Part shown: piece by piece, positions 47,668-58,700 of the stretch
How positions within the stretch are numbered: the stretch's first letter is position 1
Layout: each line of letters starts with the position of its first letter
Source: a virus
Length of the DNA stretch: 64,000 nt
Direction: 5' to 3' (one strand)
IMG/VR virus record: IMGVR_UViG_3300017963_000201
Coordinates: 64,001 to 128,000 of that record
Notes under the pieces: generated by a model
Seen by the model: the letters and a program-made list of their open reading frames with translations, nothing else
The model's database searches: none
Told to the model about the DNA's origin: nothing
Translations under genes and position numbers: made by a program

Positions 47668-48238
47668 TTGCGATAAGTGTTTCTGCTATAGCTTCATCTG
47701 ATGTTATACTTTCGTACGCATCCTCTAGTCTCTCATAGATCTCATCTGCAAAGTCTCTAGCATCGTCTAAGACGGCATCCTCTAGCATATCAGCTTCTCT
47801 GTTTAATCCGGCTAAGTCTTCTTCACTTAATTCGTATTCAGAATCTAGCCATTGAATAAATTTTTCCATATTGTCGCCGTCTATGTGCATTGTCTTAGAG
47901 TGGTTATAAAAACCAGCATGATAAATTTTTGCTCCCTCGCTTATTTGATCTATAAACTCCATAAAAGTAGGAAACTCATCTGCATGTTTAGGAATCCAAT
48001 CGTCATATGAAACACTGCCTACCCAACAGGCACCATCACCCTGAGACCAAAACCCAGAAAAATATATGTCATCAATATAAAATCCTTTTTTCTCTCCGTC
48101 TTCTTTAACCCAATCGTACACGTAATCCCACCAGTCTACTAAATCTGTATTGATATCTCGATTATTCTCTATAGCTTTTTTTTGGGTTTCAGGATCCAGA
48201 TCTTCAAACTTCTTCCCTTCTTGTGCAAAGCGCCTCAT
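47630..48238 (-). CDS. Conserved acidic phage protein, AQ-tagged
   Basis: MRRFAQ; IYFSGFWSQGDGA...SDEAIAETLIANDYEFDEEG. Confidence 0.7.
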   Translation of the reverse strand: MRRFAQEGKKFEDLDPETQKKAIENNRDINTDLVDWWDYVYDWVKEDGEKKGFYIDDIYFSGFWSQGDGACWVGSVSYDDWIPKHADEFPTFMEFIDQISEGAKIYHAGFYNHSKTMHIDGDNMEKFIQWLDSEYELSEEDLAGLNREADMLEDAVLDDARDFADEIYERLEDAYESITSDEAIAETLIANDYEFDEEGNIV

Positions 48239-48239
48239 T

Positions 48240-48926
48240 TTAGCTCTCCTCATAGCCTAAATAAAAATAGTCTTCGAGTAATCTGATTACTTCGTCAGCC
48301 GCTTTATTTCCAGGCATACCCATACCACCAAAATAGGTATCCTTAAAATCGCTGATGTCAGGCAACTCTTCCAATACCCATTCAGGTGCAGAATTTAAAT
48401 CGATACTCCATCCGGCAGGGATCCTAGATACATCAACGTAATCACCTGTAGCATAACCAATGATTAATATGATATCACCAAACACACCCTGTAAAATTAA
48501 TTCGAAATAGGCTAGTCCAAGGATACCATCATTCGTGTCTGTCTCAATAGGGCTAAAAACATAGTCATGCCAAATACGGTCATACTTTAAATAGTCATCT
48601 AGTAAACTACCGAGGTGGTCTATTAATGATTGAAGTTTACTTACAGGGTCCTCTTTGGCTTTTTTATTAATTGGAAACTCTTTACCCTCTATGGCATAGG
48701 CTAAGTTATATTCTCCAGTATTAATATCCTGAAAAGCTATAAGGGTACCGGGGATATCCTGTAAGGTCATCTCATCTTTGAGATCCTTTTCTATTTCCTC
48801 AAGGGCATCCCAAGAATCCGCTTCTACATCCAAGAAATAAAAATACCCATCTTTAGTATTCGGATCGTGATACTTACCCGGTTCCTTAAGAATAGCTTCG
48901 AGGGCTTTTTTAATTTGATTAATCAT
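48240..48926 (-). CDS. Acidic hypothetical protein
   Basis: ORF track; coupled to neighbours. Confidence 0.6.
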   Translation of the reverse strand: MINQIKKALEAILKEPGKYHDPNTKDGYFYFLDVEADSWDALEEIEKDLKDEMTLQDIPGTLIAFQDINTGEYNLAYAIEGKEFPINKKAKEDPVSKLQSLIDHLGSLLDDYLKYDRIWHDYVFSPIETDTNDGILGLAYFELILQGVFGDIILIIGYATGDYVDVSRIPAGWSIDLNSAPEWVLEELPDISDFKDTYFGGMGMPGNKAADEVIRLLEDYFYLGYEES

Positions 48927-49387
48927 TAATAATCTTTACCGGGCCAGGTCGTGACAGGACCTAACCTTTCGGCTTCGCCTACAATGTCATCGTATACGTT
49001 TCCCGAATCATACCCTTGAGATTCGACAAACTTTTCCACTTTGTTTATGGCTTTAATCATTCTGTCATAAAGCCTTTCTTGATCTCTAACCCTTGCACCT
49101 TGGCTTCCCAGATATTTTCTTGTAGCCTCTACGGCATCATCTAGCATTTTTTTTGGTGGTCTTTTCTGCGCCTTCTTCCTTGTAATACCTGTCCCATATT
49201 CTCTGGGTGTTTTCCAGGGAGGCAAAAACATATCGTCTTTAAAATCATCATGGACATCTTGCTTAATCATCCAATGCCCAGTTTGGTAAGGCCAATTAAC
49301 CGAAGGTAAACCATCCAATACATCTTGAGGTGTTCTTGTAGCTTTGAGTGTACGTATAGCCCGTCTCAAGTAAACTAAAGATTTCAT
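48926..49387 (-). CDS. Hypothetical protein with YLRRAIR and RKKAQ motifs
   Basis: AGGAG RBS; motifs. Confidence 0.6.
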   Translation of the reverse strand: MKSLVYLRRAIRTLKATRTPQDVLDGLPSVNWPYQTGHWMIKQDVHDDFKDDMFLPPWKTPREYGTGITRKKAQKRPPKKMLDDAVEATRKYLGSQGARVRDQERLYDRMIKAINKVEKFVESQGYDSGNVYDDIVGEAERLGPVTTWPGKDY

Positions 49388-49396
49388 AGTAAGCTC

Positions 49397-51046
49397 CTAA
49401 TCGATATCCAAGTCTTTTGGAAGCATATTCCTAATCTTCTGTTCAACGAACTCAGACATTTCTATACCAACCTCTTCCAAGGCTTCATACTGCTCATTGG
49501 TTAGCAAATCTTTAGCTACATCTTTTGCTGATATCTCTATGCCGGACAACTCAGAAAGTTCTTCGGCAATTTCTTCAGCCCTTAATATTCTTTCCTCTGA
49601 TCCACCCCAATAACTTGGGTATCCGAGAAGAAGGGACCACAAAGATCCTATAGCATCTTCTTCATCCTCTGGTATTTCCTCACCCCCAGCATACCTAATA
49701 ACCTCTCTAGCACTTTTATCCCATATAATTTCTGTTATGGGGATATTCTCAAAACTACCATAGGCATTCATAAGATTTTGGTAATTTTCCATCATACTAC
49801 CAATATCTACGTCACCCCCAGTGTAACCCCACCACCCATCTTCACTATAGCCAAAGTCAATAAATTCTACACCCTCCCCACCATCCCACTTGAGTTGAAT
49901 ACCGCCATGCGTTAAATAGTCCACATCACCGTAGTTTACCCATTTATCTTTAATGGATGCTAATACCTCACCTATAGTTTTGGATCTAGGTTTGTCTTCG
50001 TATACGTCTTTATCAAACATCTCTTCTTGTTGTGCTCTAAGTCTTCTCATTGTTCTTTTTAGACAGGCTTTACTATCCAAAAAATCATCATTATCATCAT
50101 ACCCTAAAAAAATCCCGCACACTATACCACCAACTTCATTGGCTACTTCTTGGGCTTCCTCCTCTGTTTCATACCATTCTTCAGACATAGGGGAATTAGA
50201 CCATTCTTCCCCAGTCCACACAGTGTTGCTGTCATCAGGATCTTCCACTACATATTTAATAATCTCACCGGCAATGTGCCTCCTAGCATTAAAGTCTCGT
50301 ATAGTTCCTCCTGATCCCTGACTATCTTTAACAACATCACCATTTTTTAAAAGCTGAATAACATATTCATCCAAGCGGTCCCCATACTTATCTAGCATTT
50401 GTTGGAAGCGACCTTCAGGATCATTGTCTCCTCGTATGTTTTGCACCACTTGATCATTGAGGGTATCAATAACTTCTATTGTATAATTAGCAGCAGTTTT
50501 CCTACTCTCCATAGGGAAGCCCCCCAAGTAAGGATTACCAAAGTAGGCATCAGGGGACTGTGCAAGCCTACGACCTTTAATCTTATTCACGTTGGGATGC
50601 TTTACCATGTCTTTTACCTCTTTTTTGTACTTATCAGAGATTGGTTTTTTAGGTTGGTTTGGCTTCATAGGTAAACCAGAAGCTACAAGCCAAGTATTAA
50701 TGTCACGAACAAGACGAGCATTTGTGATATGGTGCATCAGTTTGTCATAATCATCTTCGTAAATGCACCCCTGCTTATAAGCTATCTGCTCAAACTCATC
50801 CTGGAGATTTTCCAGTTCACGGTTTTGTACCTTGATACTTTCTGCAGCCAAACCCATGGTAAATGCATTTTGCTCCGTCTCACCGAGCTTAGAAAGCAGC
50901 CCAACATACCAAGACTCTTCTAGCTCGTTGTCTACAATATGAGCTAAAGCAATCTCCAAGGCTTGATCCACTGTGAGGTTCAAAACTTTGTCAAGATCTT
51001 CTGGGACAACAATTTCCGTAGAAGTGTCTTGGGCAGTGATACGCAT
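49397..51046 (-). CDS. Multi-module acidic protein with repeated basic-A(Q) motifs
   Basis: MRITAQ, RRLAQ, RKTAA, RRHIA, MRRLRAQ. Confidence 0.7.
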   Translation of the reverse strand: MRITAQDTSTEIVVPEDLDKVLNLTVDQALEIALAHIVDNELEESWYVGLLSKLGETEQNAFTMGLAAESIKVQNRELENLQDEFEQIAYKQGCIYEDDYDKLMHHITNARLVRDINTWLVASGLPMKPNQPKKPISDKYKKEVKDMVKHPNVNKIKGRRLAQSPDAYFGNPYLGGFPMESRKTAANYTIEVIDTLNDQVVQNIRGDNDPEGRFQQMLDKYGDRLDEYVIQLLKNGDVVKDSQGSGGTIRDFNARRHIAGEIIKYVVEDPDDSNTVWTGEEWSNSPMSEEWYETEEEAQEVANEVGGIVCGIFLGYDDNDDFLDSKACLKRTMRRLRAQQEEMFDKDVYEDKPRSKTIGEVLASIKDKWVNYGDVDYLTHGGIQLKWDGGEGVEFIDFGYSEDGWWGYTGGDVDIGSMMENYQNLMNAYGSFENIPITEIIWDKSAREVIRYAGGEEIPEDEEDAIGSLWSLLLGYPSYWGGSEERILRAEEIAEELSELSGIEISAKDVAKDLLTNEQYEALEEVGIEMSEFVEQKIRNMLPKDLDID

Positions 51047-51048
51047 AG

Positions 51049-51546
51049 CTACTCCTTTTCACTATCCCCAATAAAAGTCATAGGGCCAAAGTCTGCAATT
51101 GCCGCTTCGATAGGATCAACTTCTTCCTTTTTAGTTTTCTTCGATTTCACTGCTTTCTTCTTTGCTGCAGCAGCTTTCTTTTCTTTAGTCTTTGTCTTTT
51201 TCTTGGGTTTGACTTTTTCTACCACCTTGGGTTTTATCTCTTCTTCCTCTTCTAGGGGCTCTTCGTCAAAATCGATAACAATAGGCTCGTCGATCTTTTT
51301 AGCCTTCGGTAGCTTTCGAATTCTAGGGTGAGCCTTTAGCTCATGCTTACCGATAACTTTCTCAGAGTCATGAAGTACAGTGAGATTACCCGTATTAACT
51401 AAATAATTAAAAACTGGATCTTCCTTAATCCACTTACGAGAGCATATGCCATCCACATCGTAAGATTGTCCAGGGTTAAGAATAATGCTTCCCTTTTCAA
51501 GTTGCAAAGGTAACGAGCCGCCTGTGCCATTTCTAACTTTAAACAT
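51049..51546 (-). CDS. Protein with Lys-rich low-complexity C-terminus
   Basis: AAGGAG RBS; candidate late promoter at 51590-51621. Confidence 0.6.
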   Translation of the reverse strand: MFKVRNGTGGSLPLQLEKGSIILNPGQSYDVDGICSRKWIKEDPVFNYLVNTGNLTVLHDSEKVIGKHELKAHPRIRKLPKAKKIDEPIVIDFDEEPLEEEEEIKPKVVEKVKPKKKTKTKEKKAAAAKKKAVKSKKTKKEEVDPIEAAIADFGPMTFIGDSEKE

Positions 51547-51627
51547 AAACTTTCTCCTTTAGCTTTTCTTGGTCTCTGCCTCTGATTGAATAATAAGGTA
51601 AAAAGATAAAGACAATTTAAGTATTGT

Positions 51628-53547
51628 CTACACGAACCTCTTTAGTCGAATAACTCTAAGGGAGGGCCTTGGGTTTGCTTTTCGGATCATACTAACTTTA
51701 TGTCTGTCCTGTATAGCTTTGTTAGTAAAGACCCTCTCGGGAGTCTTTAGTAATCTATGAACCCCAATATAACATTGGATCATATCGTTCGATCCATCAC
51801 TTCTGTGGTCTACCTTGACTCCATTATCTTGCAAACCTCTAAGCTCTCTTAGAGCTAAAGAACAAGGCATATTTCTGTGATAATAGGGATCTAGTGCGGG
51901 ATGTTCTTTAGCCGGAAAACTTAATTTATTATTACGCATACTTTCTAAAAACTTAATATGATCATCCCGATCTATATCTTTACCCATGGCCAAGATTCCT
52001 ACATTTCTTAGCCTATCAATTTGTTCCATTGAATTCCAACGGTCATAGGATACATACTTAATAGTTAACTTCTTATGTAGCTCCAATATCAAATCTGTCA
52101 TCGCAGGAAAATAAACTTCTCTTGGCTTTAGCTTTTGTTTATTCCCCTTGGGGATCGGCTTCAAAGTCACAGCACCGTCTATGATAACTTTATCTTCTTC
52201 GAGGTGTCCTATACATAAACAAAAGCTATCCTTCTTTTTTCCTGGATCACAATGTATAGCATACTCAGCTAAGTTTTTATATTTTACGTTTTTTATTTCT
52301 AGCCCAATATAACTAAAGATAACATTCCCAACCTTCATATCGAAGTACTTCTCACCATAATCAAAAATAGAAAATCTAGTATTGTCTGTACAGGCTTCTA
52401 TAATTCTCGTATCTCGAATAAAAGGATTCTCCGCACCAGGGGGGTTAGCACCGTAATCCCTTTCGGCACCCAAGGGATCATCCTCAAATTCGTCTGCCAG
52501 GTCCTCTTGAGTAATCTCAGGATTTGCTTCCCAGGTAGCTTTCCTAAAAGCAAACATCTTGTGCTGTCTTTGCGCTTGCTCTAACAATTGCATAATCTTA
52601 TCGTCTTCAAACATCGGACTCGATATACTAATCATCCTGGCATCGGGTAAATTATAAATACCAAGCTCCCGTGCCCTTCGTACAGCAGAGCTAATCGTTC
52701 TAAGGGATCTCTTGAGTACCCTGTAGACTTCCTGAGCGCTTTTCTTACTGTCTCCCGTATCAAATCTTGCCAGCTCGTCAATGATCGCAATCAGTCGTGT
52801 TTTACCGGCCAGGGAAGCTGAGTTAGAATGCAAAGCCTTCAAAGCTAGATTTTTATACTTGAAGTGGATTTCTTTGTCGGTTTCTTTATAGAGCTTACCT
52901 GTCTTGTACTTAGGGTGCGTCTTTTCTAAAGTCTGTAGCTTTTCTTTGAGATCCTGAAACCAGGGGCTCTCTTCGTAAAAAGCCCTAAAGTGCCCCCAGA
53001 CCGTCTCAGAAGCCTGTTGGGCACTCGTAGCGACAAAGGCTATATCCAAGGTCTGCCTTTTGATAACTCGTAGCCTAGACTGAAGATCTGGGGTACAGAG
53101 CGCGTCGTGGACTAGCCCAGCAGATAAACAACCTATGGTCACACCCTTGCCCGAGCGCATCCCCTCGCATCCAACGAATTCATTGTAGAAGCTCAGATCG
53201 TCTACTATATCTGATTTCTTTAGCCCACAATTTGGACAAACCTCATACTCAAATAATATCTGATCTCTTCTGGGAACATCATTTATAGTACGGATTCTCT
53301 GTACGTCGTTACACATGGGGCAGAGTAATTCTAAGAAGTCCCTAATTACTTCGTACTGAACCGGCCAAAGCTCAGGACCATTAAGGTATTCTGGAGATTC
53401 TATAAAATGGATTACGTTGGGTGCGCGTTTGAGGGTGACAAGATCCGTAGTTACTAAGTTTGACGATTGAGTAATTTTGCCCTCAATCATGTCATCTAGA
53501 TCTGCAAATAAATTATCTCTAGCTACATACTCCATATGACTTAACAT
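51628..53547 (-). CDS. terL: Terminase large subunit
   Basis: Walker A GMRSGK, Walker B IAIIDE, ISISSP, ATWEANP, nuclease HCDPG...D, YDRWNS, VDH...SND. Confidence 0.9.
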   Translation of the reverse strand: MLSHMEYVARDNLFADLDDMIEGKITQSSNLVTTDLVTLKRAPNVIHFIESPEYLNGPELWPVQYEVIRDFLELLCPMCNDVQRIRTINDVPRRDQILFEYEVCPNCGLKKSDIVDDLSFYNEFVGCEGMRSGKGVTIGCLSAGLVHDALCTPDLQSRLRVIKRQTLDIAFVATSAQQASETVWGHFRAFYEESPWFQDLKEKLQTLEKTHPKYKTGKLYKETDKEIHFKYKNLALKALHSNSASLAGKTRLIAIIDELARFDTGDSKKSAQEVYRVLKRSLRTISSAVRRARELGIYNLPDARMISISSPMFEDDKIMQLLEQAQRQHKMFAFRKATWEANPEITQEDLADEFEDDPLGAERDYGANPPGAENPFIRDTRIIEACTDNTRFSIFDYGEKYFDMKVGNVIFSYIGLEIKNVKYKNLAEYAIHCDPGKKKDSFCLCIGHLEEDKVIIDGAVTLKPIPKGNKQKLKPREVYFPAMTDLILELHKKLTIKYVSYDRWNSMEQIDRLRNVGILAMGKDIDRDDHIKFLESMRNNKLSFPAKEHPALDPYYHRNMPCSLALRELRGLQDNGVKVDHRSDGSNDMIQCYIGVHRLLKTPERVFTNKAIQDRHKVSMIRKANPRPSLRVIRLKRFV

Positions 53548-53636
53548 AGCTTGATTAATTTAAATAAGTCAAGTTGTGTTTTAGTTTATCCCTGATAAAC
53601 GATCACTTTTTATATTATACAAACAAGGAGTAAATT

Positions 53637-53918
53637 TTGAAAAAGATTTTAATTTGTCCCATCTATCAAACCCATTATTTAGCAGATACTAATAGACTTA
53701 AGTTTGGTAGACAAACTACATGTAGTAGATCCTGTTCTTATAAATTAAGGTCTATAAAAAAGAGCAAGAGTATTACATTTAAATGTTCTGTATGCGGAAA
53801 ACTAACCAAGCGCAGCCCCTCTTGTTTAAAAACTAAACATGAAGGACATTACTGCATGATTATCTTTGATGACAAGATTGACACAAATTTCATTACGAGA
53901 TTTCATTTTTACTCATGA
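53637..53918 (+). pseudogene. Possible truncated zinc-finger / HNH endonuclease remnant
   Basis: TCSRSC, FKCSVCGK...YC zinc-finger repeats without a nuclease domain; lone + strand ORF beside terL. Confidence 0.4.
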
Positions 53919-54080
53919 TCAAAGATTCCTGAAGTTTCTCTTCAAGTATCTTTACCCTTGCTCTTAGGTCTTTTATGTCTTGGGTAACTTCCTGGATAAA
54001 TTCTGCAGGGTGAGTACTGACTTTTAAATGTCCGTATTGATAAAGGTCTGCCAGTTCATTAATAGCTTTGTCAAAATTCA

Positions 54081-54497
54081 TTACGCTACCGCAAATGGAT
54101 TAAACAATACTTGTGTATACCCCGCGTGCTTTAGTATGTCAACCATTCTAGTAGCTCCCGCATGATTCCAACTATGAACTATAATCTTTGGGTCAGCTCT
54201 AATGTATACTTCAATACCTGCCAAAGACTGAGCTAATGCTACCCCGTTATTATTCTCATCATGATTAGGATCCATATCGTGGTCCAGGCATATAAGTTGA
54301 AACAAATAAGGACTATTAACCTGACGGCTTCTTTGTACGGATTCTAATAAGAGGGATCTAGCTTGAAAAACATTATACGCATGCACAATAATAAAATTAT
54401 CCCTAGTACAAGTATGGACCTGCCCATGTTGTTTATGTTTGCGCGTACAGATAAAATCATGCCTAGCGGGGCTGTCATCAACGAATAGGATCTTCAT
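54081..54497 (-). CDS. Cyclic-phosphate-processing receiver-like domain protein
   Basis: ILFVDD..R, ICLDHDM, NG, IIVHSWN.AGATRM. Confidence 0.72.
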   Translation of the reverse strand: MKILFVDDSPARHDFICTRKHKQHGQVHTCTRDNFIIVHAYNVFQARSLLLESVQRSRQVNSPYLFQLICLDHDMDPNHDENNNGVALAQSLAGIEVYIRADPKIIVHSWNHAGATRMVDILKHAGYTQVLFNPFAVA

Positions 54498-55027
54498 CCG
54501 TAGCTTCCTTTATCTTTATACCTGCAAGCTCATGGGACATAGCTCCGTACTCGTGCATTACATCCTTACATAGCTGTGTAAGATGATCCACCTTTCTCTT
54601 GAGCTGTATTATCTCAGATGCTTCTTTAGCTTTGATAGCATCAAAGATAGCCCGAGCATGATTCCCGGTTGCACTCATGATGCCAGAGTAAGCAAAAGGA
54701 ACATTAATATCCCAATCTTTAATACATTCCCATATCGCATTAAAGATCGGATTATCCAACATCTCTTTGGTGGGATCTGGCCAAGGTTCATTTCTTAATC
54801 TTTCTAGATATTCTTTTTTCATGGGCTCTCTCACATTTTAAACAAGTAATTTCTCCGTCATGGTTGTTAGTTAATATATACCAATTTTCGTCAATACTCT
54901 TTCCGCATAAGGTTTGACTACCATCCTCACTTCCGTGGATTGGGCCGTAAAGCTTATCACTCTTTGTTATCTTCTGTACTGTGTATGGAGGATTCATTAA
55001 ATTTTTCCTTGCTGCAGATGACATAAC

Positions 55028-55239
55028 CCTCGGCATCAACCCAAGTTCTTTTCTGTGCGCATAGTAGGTTTGCAACGTACCTTTGGCGTCTTCTATCGCA
55101 TCCTTAACTGTATGTCCCGTACCCGTTGCTCCCGGGATCTCTAAGCACCCGGCAAAGAATCACTTACAGGTAATTCAAAATATGGGAAATCTAAGTTGAT
55201 ATTCTTGCACTCATCTTTTGCAAGTAATACAGCATACAT
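55028..55239 (-). pseudogene. Frameshifted HicB-like fragment
   Basis: MYAVLLAKDE... in one frame; FAGCLEIPGATGTGHTVKDAIEDAKGTL in another frame with no start. Confidence 0.4.
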
Positions 55240-55487
55240 TACTCTTTCTCCACAGGGCATGTAACCATTACCGGCTGTTCATCAATAACCACATACTTAG
55301 GAAATACAGAAACCCCACTACCCTGAGAAAATACTAAATATACAATACCATTAATACAAGTTTCTTTAATAGGATCTCTTTTGGCTTTCGAACTCTTCTC
55401 ACCTACCGGAAAAAACATAACCAAAAAAATTGCTACAATACAAACTACAATCATTAACTCTATCAGTGTAAATCCTCTTCTAGGCAT
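55239..55487 (-). CDS. Prepilin-type N-terminal cleavage/methylation motif protein
   Basis: RRG|FTLIELMIVVCIVAI. Confidence 0.8.
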   Translation of the reverse strand: MPRRGFTLIELMIVVCIVAIFLVMFFPVGEKSSKAKRDPIKETCINGIVYLVFSQGSGVSVFPKYVVIDEQPVMVTCPVEKE

Positions 55488-55735
55488 AATACTAACCTCG
55501 GCTTGTTGTCCTCTAGCACATATCTAGGTGCCAACGCAAATCCCGATTTATCTTTATTCGTAACCAATACATAAACAGTACCCTCAATACAAAGATCCGT
55601 CGTAATCATAAGATCCATATTCATGCTAGGATCTTCTTTATAATACCCAGCAAAGAGCATACCTAACCAAAAAGTAGATCCTAGTATTCCTATAATACCC
55701 ATGAATACCGAGATACCTTCTATTAGCTTTGTCAT
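55463..55735 (-). CDS. Membrane protein paralogous to the pilin-like protein
   Basis: TM helix plus CIEGTVYVLV...APRYV...LVLC vs CINGIVYLVF...FPKYV...MVTC. Confidence 0.6.
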   Translation of the reverse strand: MTKLIEGISVFMGIIGILGSTFWLGMLFAGYYKEDPSMNMDLMITTDLCIEGTVYVLVTNKDKSGFALAPRYVLEDNKPRLVLCLEEDLH

Positions 55736-55743
55736 GGGTAAAC

Positions 55744-58700
55744 CTAATCAGATTCTCCGGATTCGTCATATGTATCTAGATCTATTTTTGCGGACTCAGG
55801 ATAACAATCAGGGCAGAGCATACCTTTGGGCATAGGAGTAACCCAAGGCCCCTCATTCCCACATTGCCAGCATGGGCTAATCGGAATCTTGCGGATAACT
55901 TCCGGTGGGCAATCGTACTGCCTAACTTGCTCAAATAGATCTTTAAGAGGTTTTGGTGGATCAAACTTCTTCACAGGGATACCATCTTTTCCATACTTAG
56001 GATGATACTCAATTTCTGATAAGGCTTGATCCATCATTTCTTGGTCATTTTATATCACTAAGCTCCTTTTTAAACTTTTGTTCTTTTACGTAATCCTGCA
56101 AAAACCAGGAAAGTTCATAAATAACCTGATGACCTGTAGATTCTAAGTACCACTCAACCCCATTCAAAGAAAGATAATTCTCTCTCTGAGGTGTCTTCTT
56201 CCGGAAGCGCTCCCACCAAGTTTGATTAAATTCTAAGGTTATGGATATAAGTCCTTTGGCTTTTGTATATTCGATAACCCGGTACATCTTATGGCCCTTT
56301 CGACATAAGATAAATACACCGTTCGATCTATTAGTATCTGTTCTACCTCAAATTTAGTCAAATACAATCCTTTACTTTTCTCTACGGCATTTTGGAGTTT
56401 TTTTTGTTAATGTAGTCATATGGTCTAAGAATCCTGCATAACTTTATTAAATAAACTACGAAGCTCGTTTACTTGATCCAGCATCTCTTTTGTATCCTCG
56501 TGGAACTGTAAGGCATCTGAAGCAAGTTTATCAATTAATGTTTCCATATCCTTTATCAAGACGCTTTTACTTATTTTAGGATATTCTGTTTCTAGTTTTT
56601 CCATGCTTATCCCCTTTTCAAAAAACAACACCAGACCAGGGTGCTTTATCTTCTGTCAATGGTAACAGTTCTTCTTGGGTAGGTCTTCTAAGATCCCCAC
56701 CCTGTAAATGCTCCCAATTTTCACTATCATCAACAACTTCTTTAGGATCATAACTTACCGTGTATACGTACAGACCATTAGGATTCTTCCCACCTTCTAT
56801 GTTATGCAAATAGATAGATTCAAAAAACGCCTCCACATTAAGGGAACTCTCCCAAAGAGCATAAAACCCATATTCTGCATAAGGGATCTTATCGGGGTTA
56901 TCTTCCCAACTATGATGGGAGCATGCAATGGGTAAACAATGATCGGAACCTATAATACCAGCAGGTCTACTAGAAACAAATCCTTTATGCACCGCAAACA
57001 ATAATTGTTCCGTAATAATCATACAGATTCTCCTTGTAATAATTTAGGTTTTGCATGCCCATAAATCTTATCGTTCTCAGCAAGTTTTGTTTCTCTAAGA
57101 TCAATAATACCCGATCCAAGAAACTTAGAATCTTCTAACACACAAAATTTATCTTCTACAAGTAAAGACCACTCAGCAATACCCAACCGCTTTACTACCC
57201 AAGTGAGCTTACCATTTACGAACCATGCTAGATGATATTGTCCGTTTAAGTATGAGTCTATAAAGTCTTGCGGGTGATGCCCCTCTCTTCTCCAATAAAA
57301 CCTTCTTGCACAAGCAGGAAAAAGGCTCACACCTTTAATTTTGTGTGTCATGCCCGTTACTAAATCTCTAATTGTACTAAATTGGTCTTTTTCCTCACAA
57401 GAGAAACTATCAAGATAAACTTCCATTATCCGTTCATCGTTATATTGTTTAGTTTCGATTGCTTTTTTGAGCATTTGATCGTCTAGTAGACAGGCATAGT
57501 AATGAGCTTGTAACCTTTGTTTGCTATCCAAAGATTTATAATCTATATAAGAATTCTTATTTGGAGTGTCAAAGTGTAAGGGTTTAAATTGATTATTAGT
57601 ACACACCCGTACAGGAAATATATCACCATTCTTATTGATATGATCTTTCCGTTCTATAGGGAAGGTAAAAACTTTTTGTGCCTTTTCGAATTTAGGTTCA
57701 TCGGGAAGAGTTTTTGTGTATTTACTAAACTCAACCAAAAATCTTGAATTTATATCTTGGGCTATTTCTTTCGCATATACTCTAGATATTATCCTGATAA
57801 GCTCTTCTAGCCCGTTCAAGGGACTAATACTTTCTTGTTTCCATGATAAGATCATTTCCCTCATTTTTTTAGTATCCATTATCTTTCCTTCATAGCTGTT
57901 TCTTGTAAAGCCTTAACCACGTCATACTTAGCATTCTTTATCTCACTTGCTACAATCCTAACAACTTGATCTTGGGATACTGGCTTTGGACCTTCCTCGT
58001 GCTTCCAATACTTATACAAAGTTTCGAATGCTTCTTTCTTAGTCTTATACGGGCCGAATACATGAGTATACTCTATGCTCCAGAAATACCAGCCGGGTTT
58101 ATCGTACCCTGCAAGTTTCATATCGTCGTTCTGAGGATCTTCAAAATACCTCACAGGCATCCTGGTATGAAACTCTACATAAGCTACTACTGCAGCTTCG
58201 GCAAAAGTTAAGTACTTCCACTGATCTTTAGACTTTATGTAAGAGATTGCACCCAAGACAGTTATACTATTCTTACTATAATTATACCAATCCCGCCAAG
58301 GTAAATCTTCTTCGAGAATGTATCCTGCCACTGTCTGTACGGAATCGCTATCAGTTTCTAGACCACACGCTCTTGCTGAATCCAAGTAGCTCTTCATGGC
58401 TTTGTATTATCCAATTCTCTTTTCTGTTCTTTAGTTAATTTTTTCTTTTCTTCAGGGATAAGTGACATAACCACTCTCTCCATCTCTTCTATAGACACAA
58501 GCATCTCAGACATAGCATTGGTAACCTTATCCCAATCCTTTTGCATTTTCTTTAGCTCTCCGGAAGCAAACTCAGAAGATGTTATTAATGACTTGGCATA
58601 TAGCCTAAGCTCGTTCAAATGACCTTTCAAGGTTCTAGCTACGGATTGGGTAGACATTTATCTATACCTATAGTTCGATTTAGTAATTAATTCCCATATT

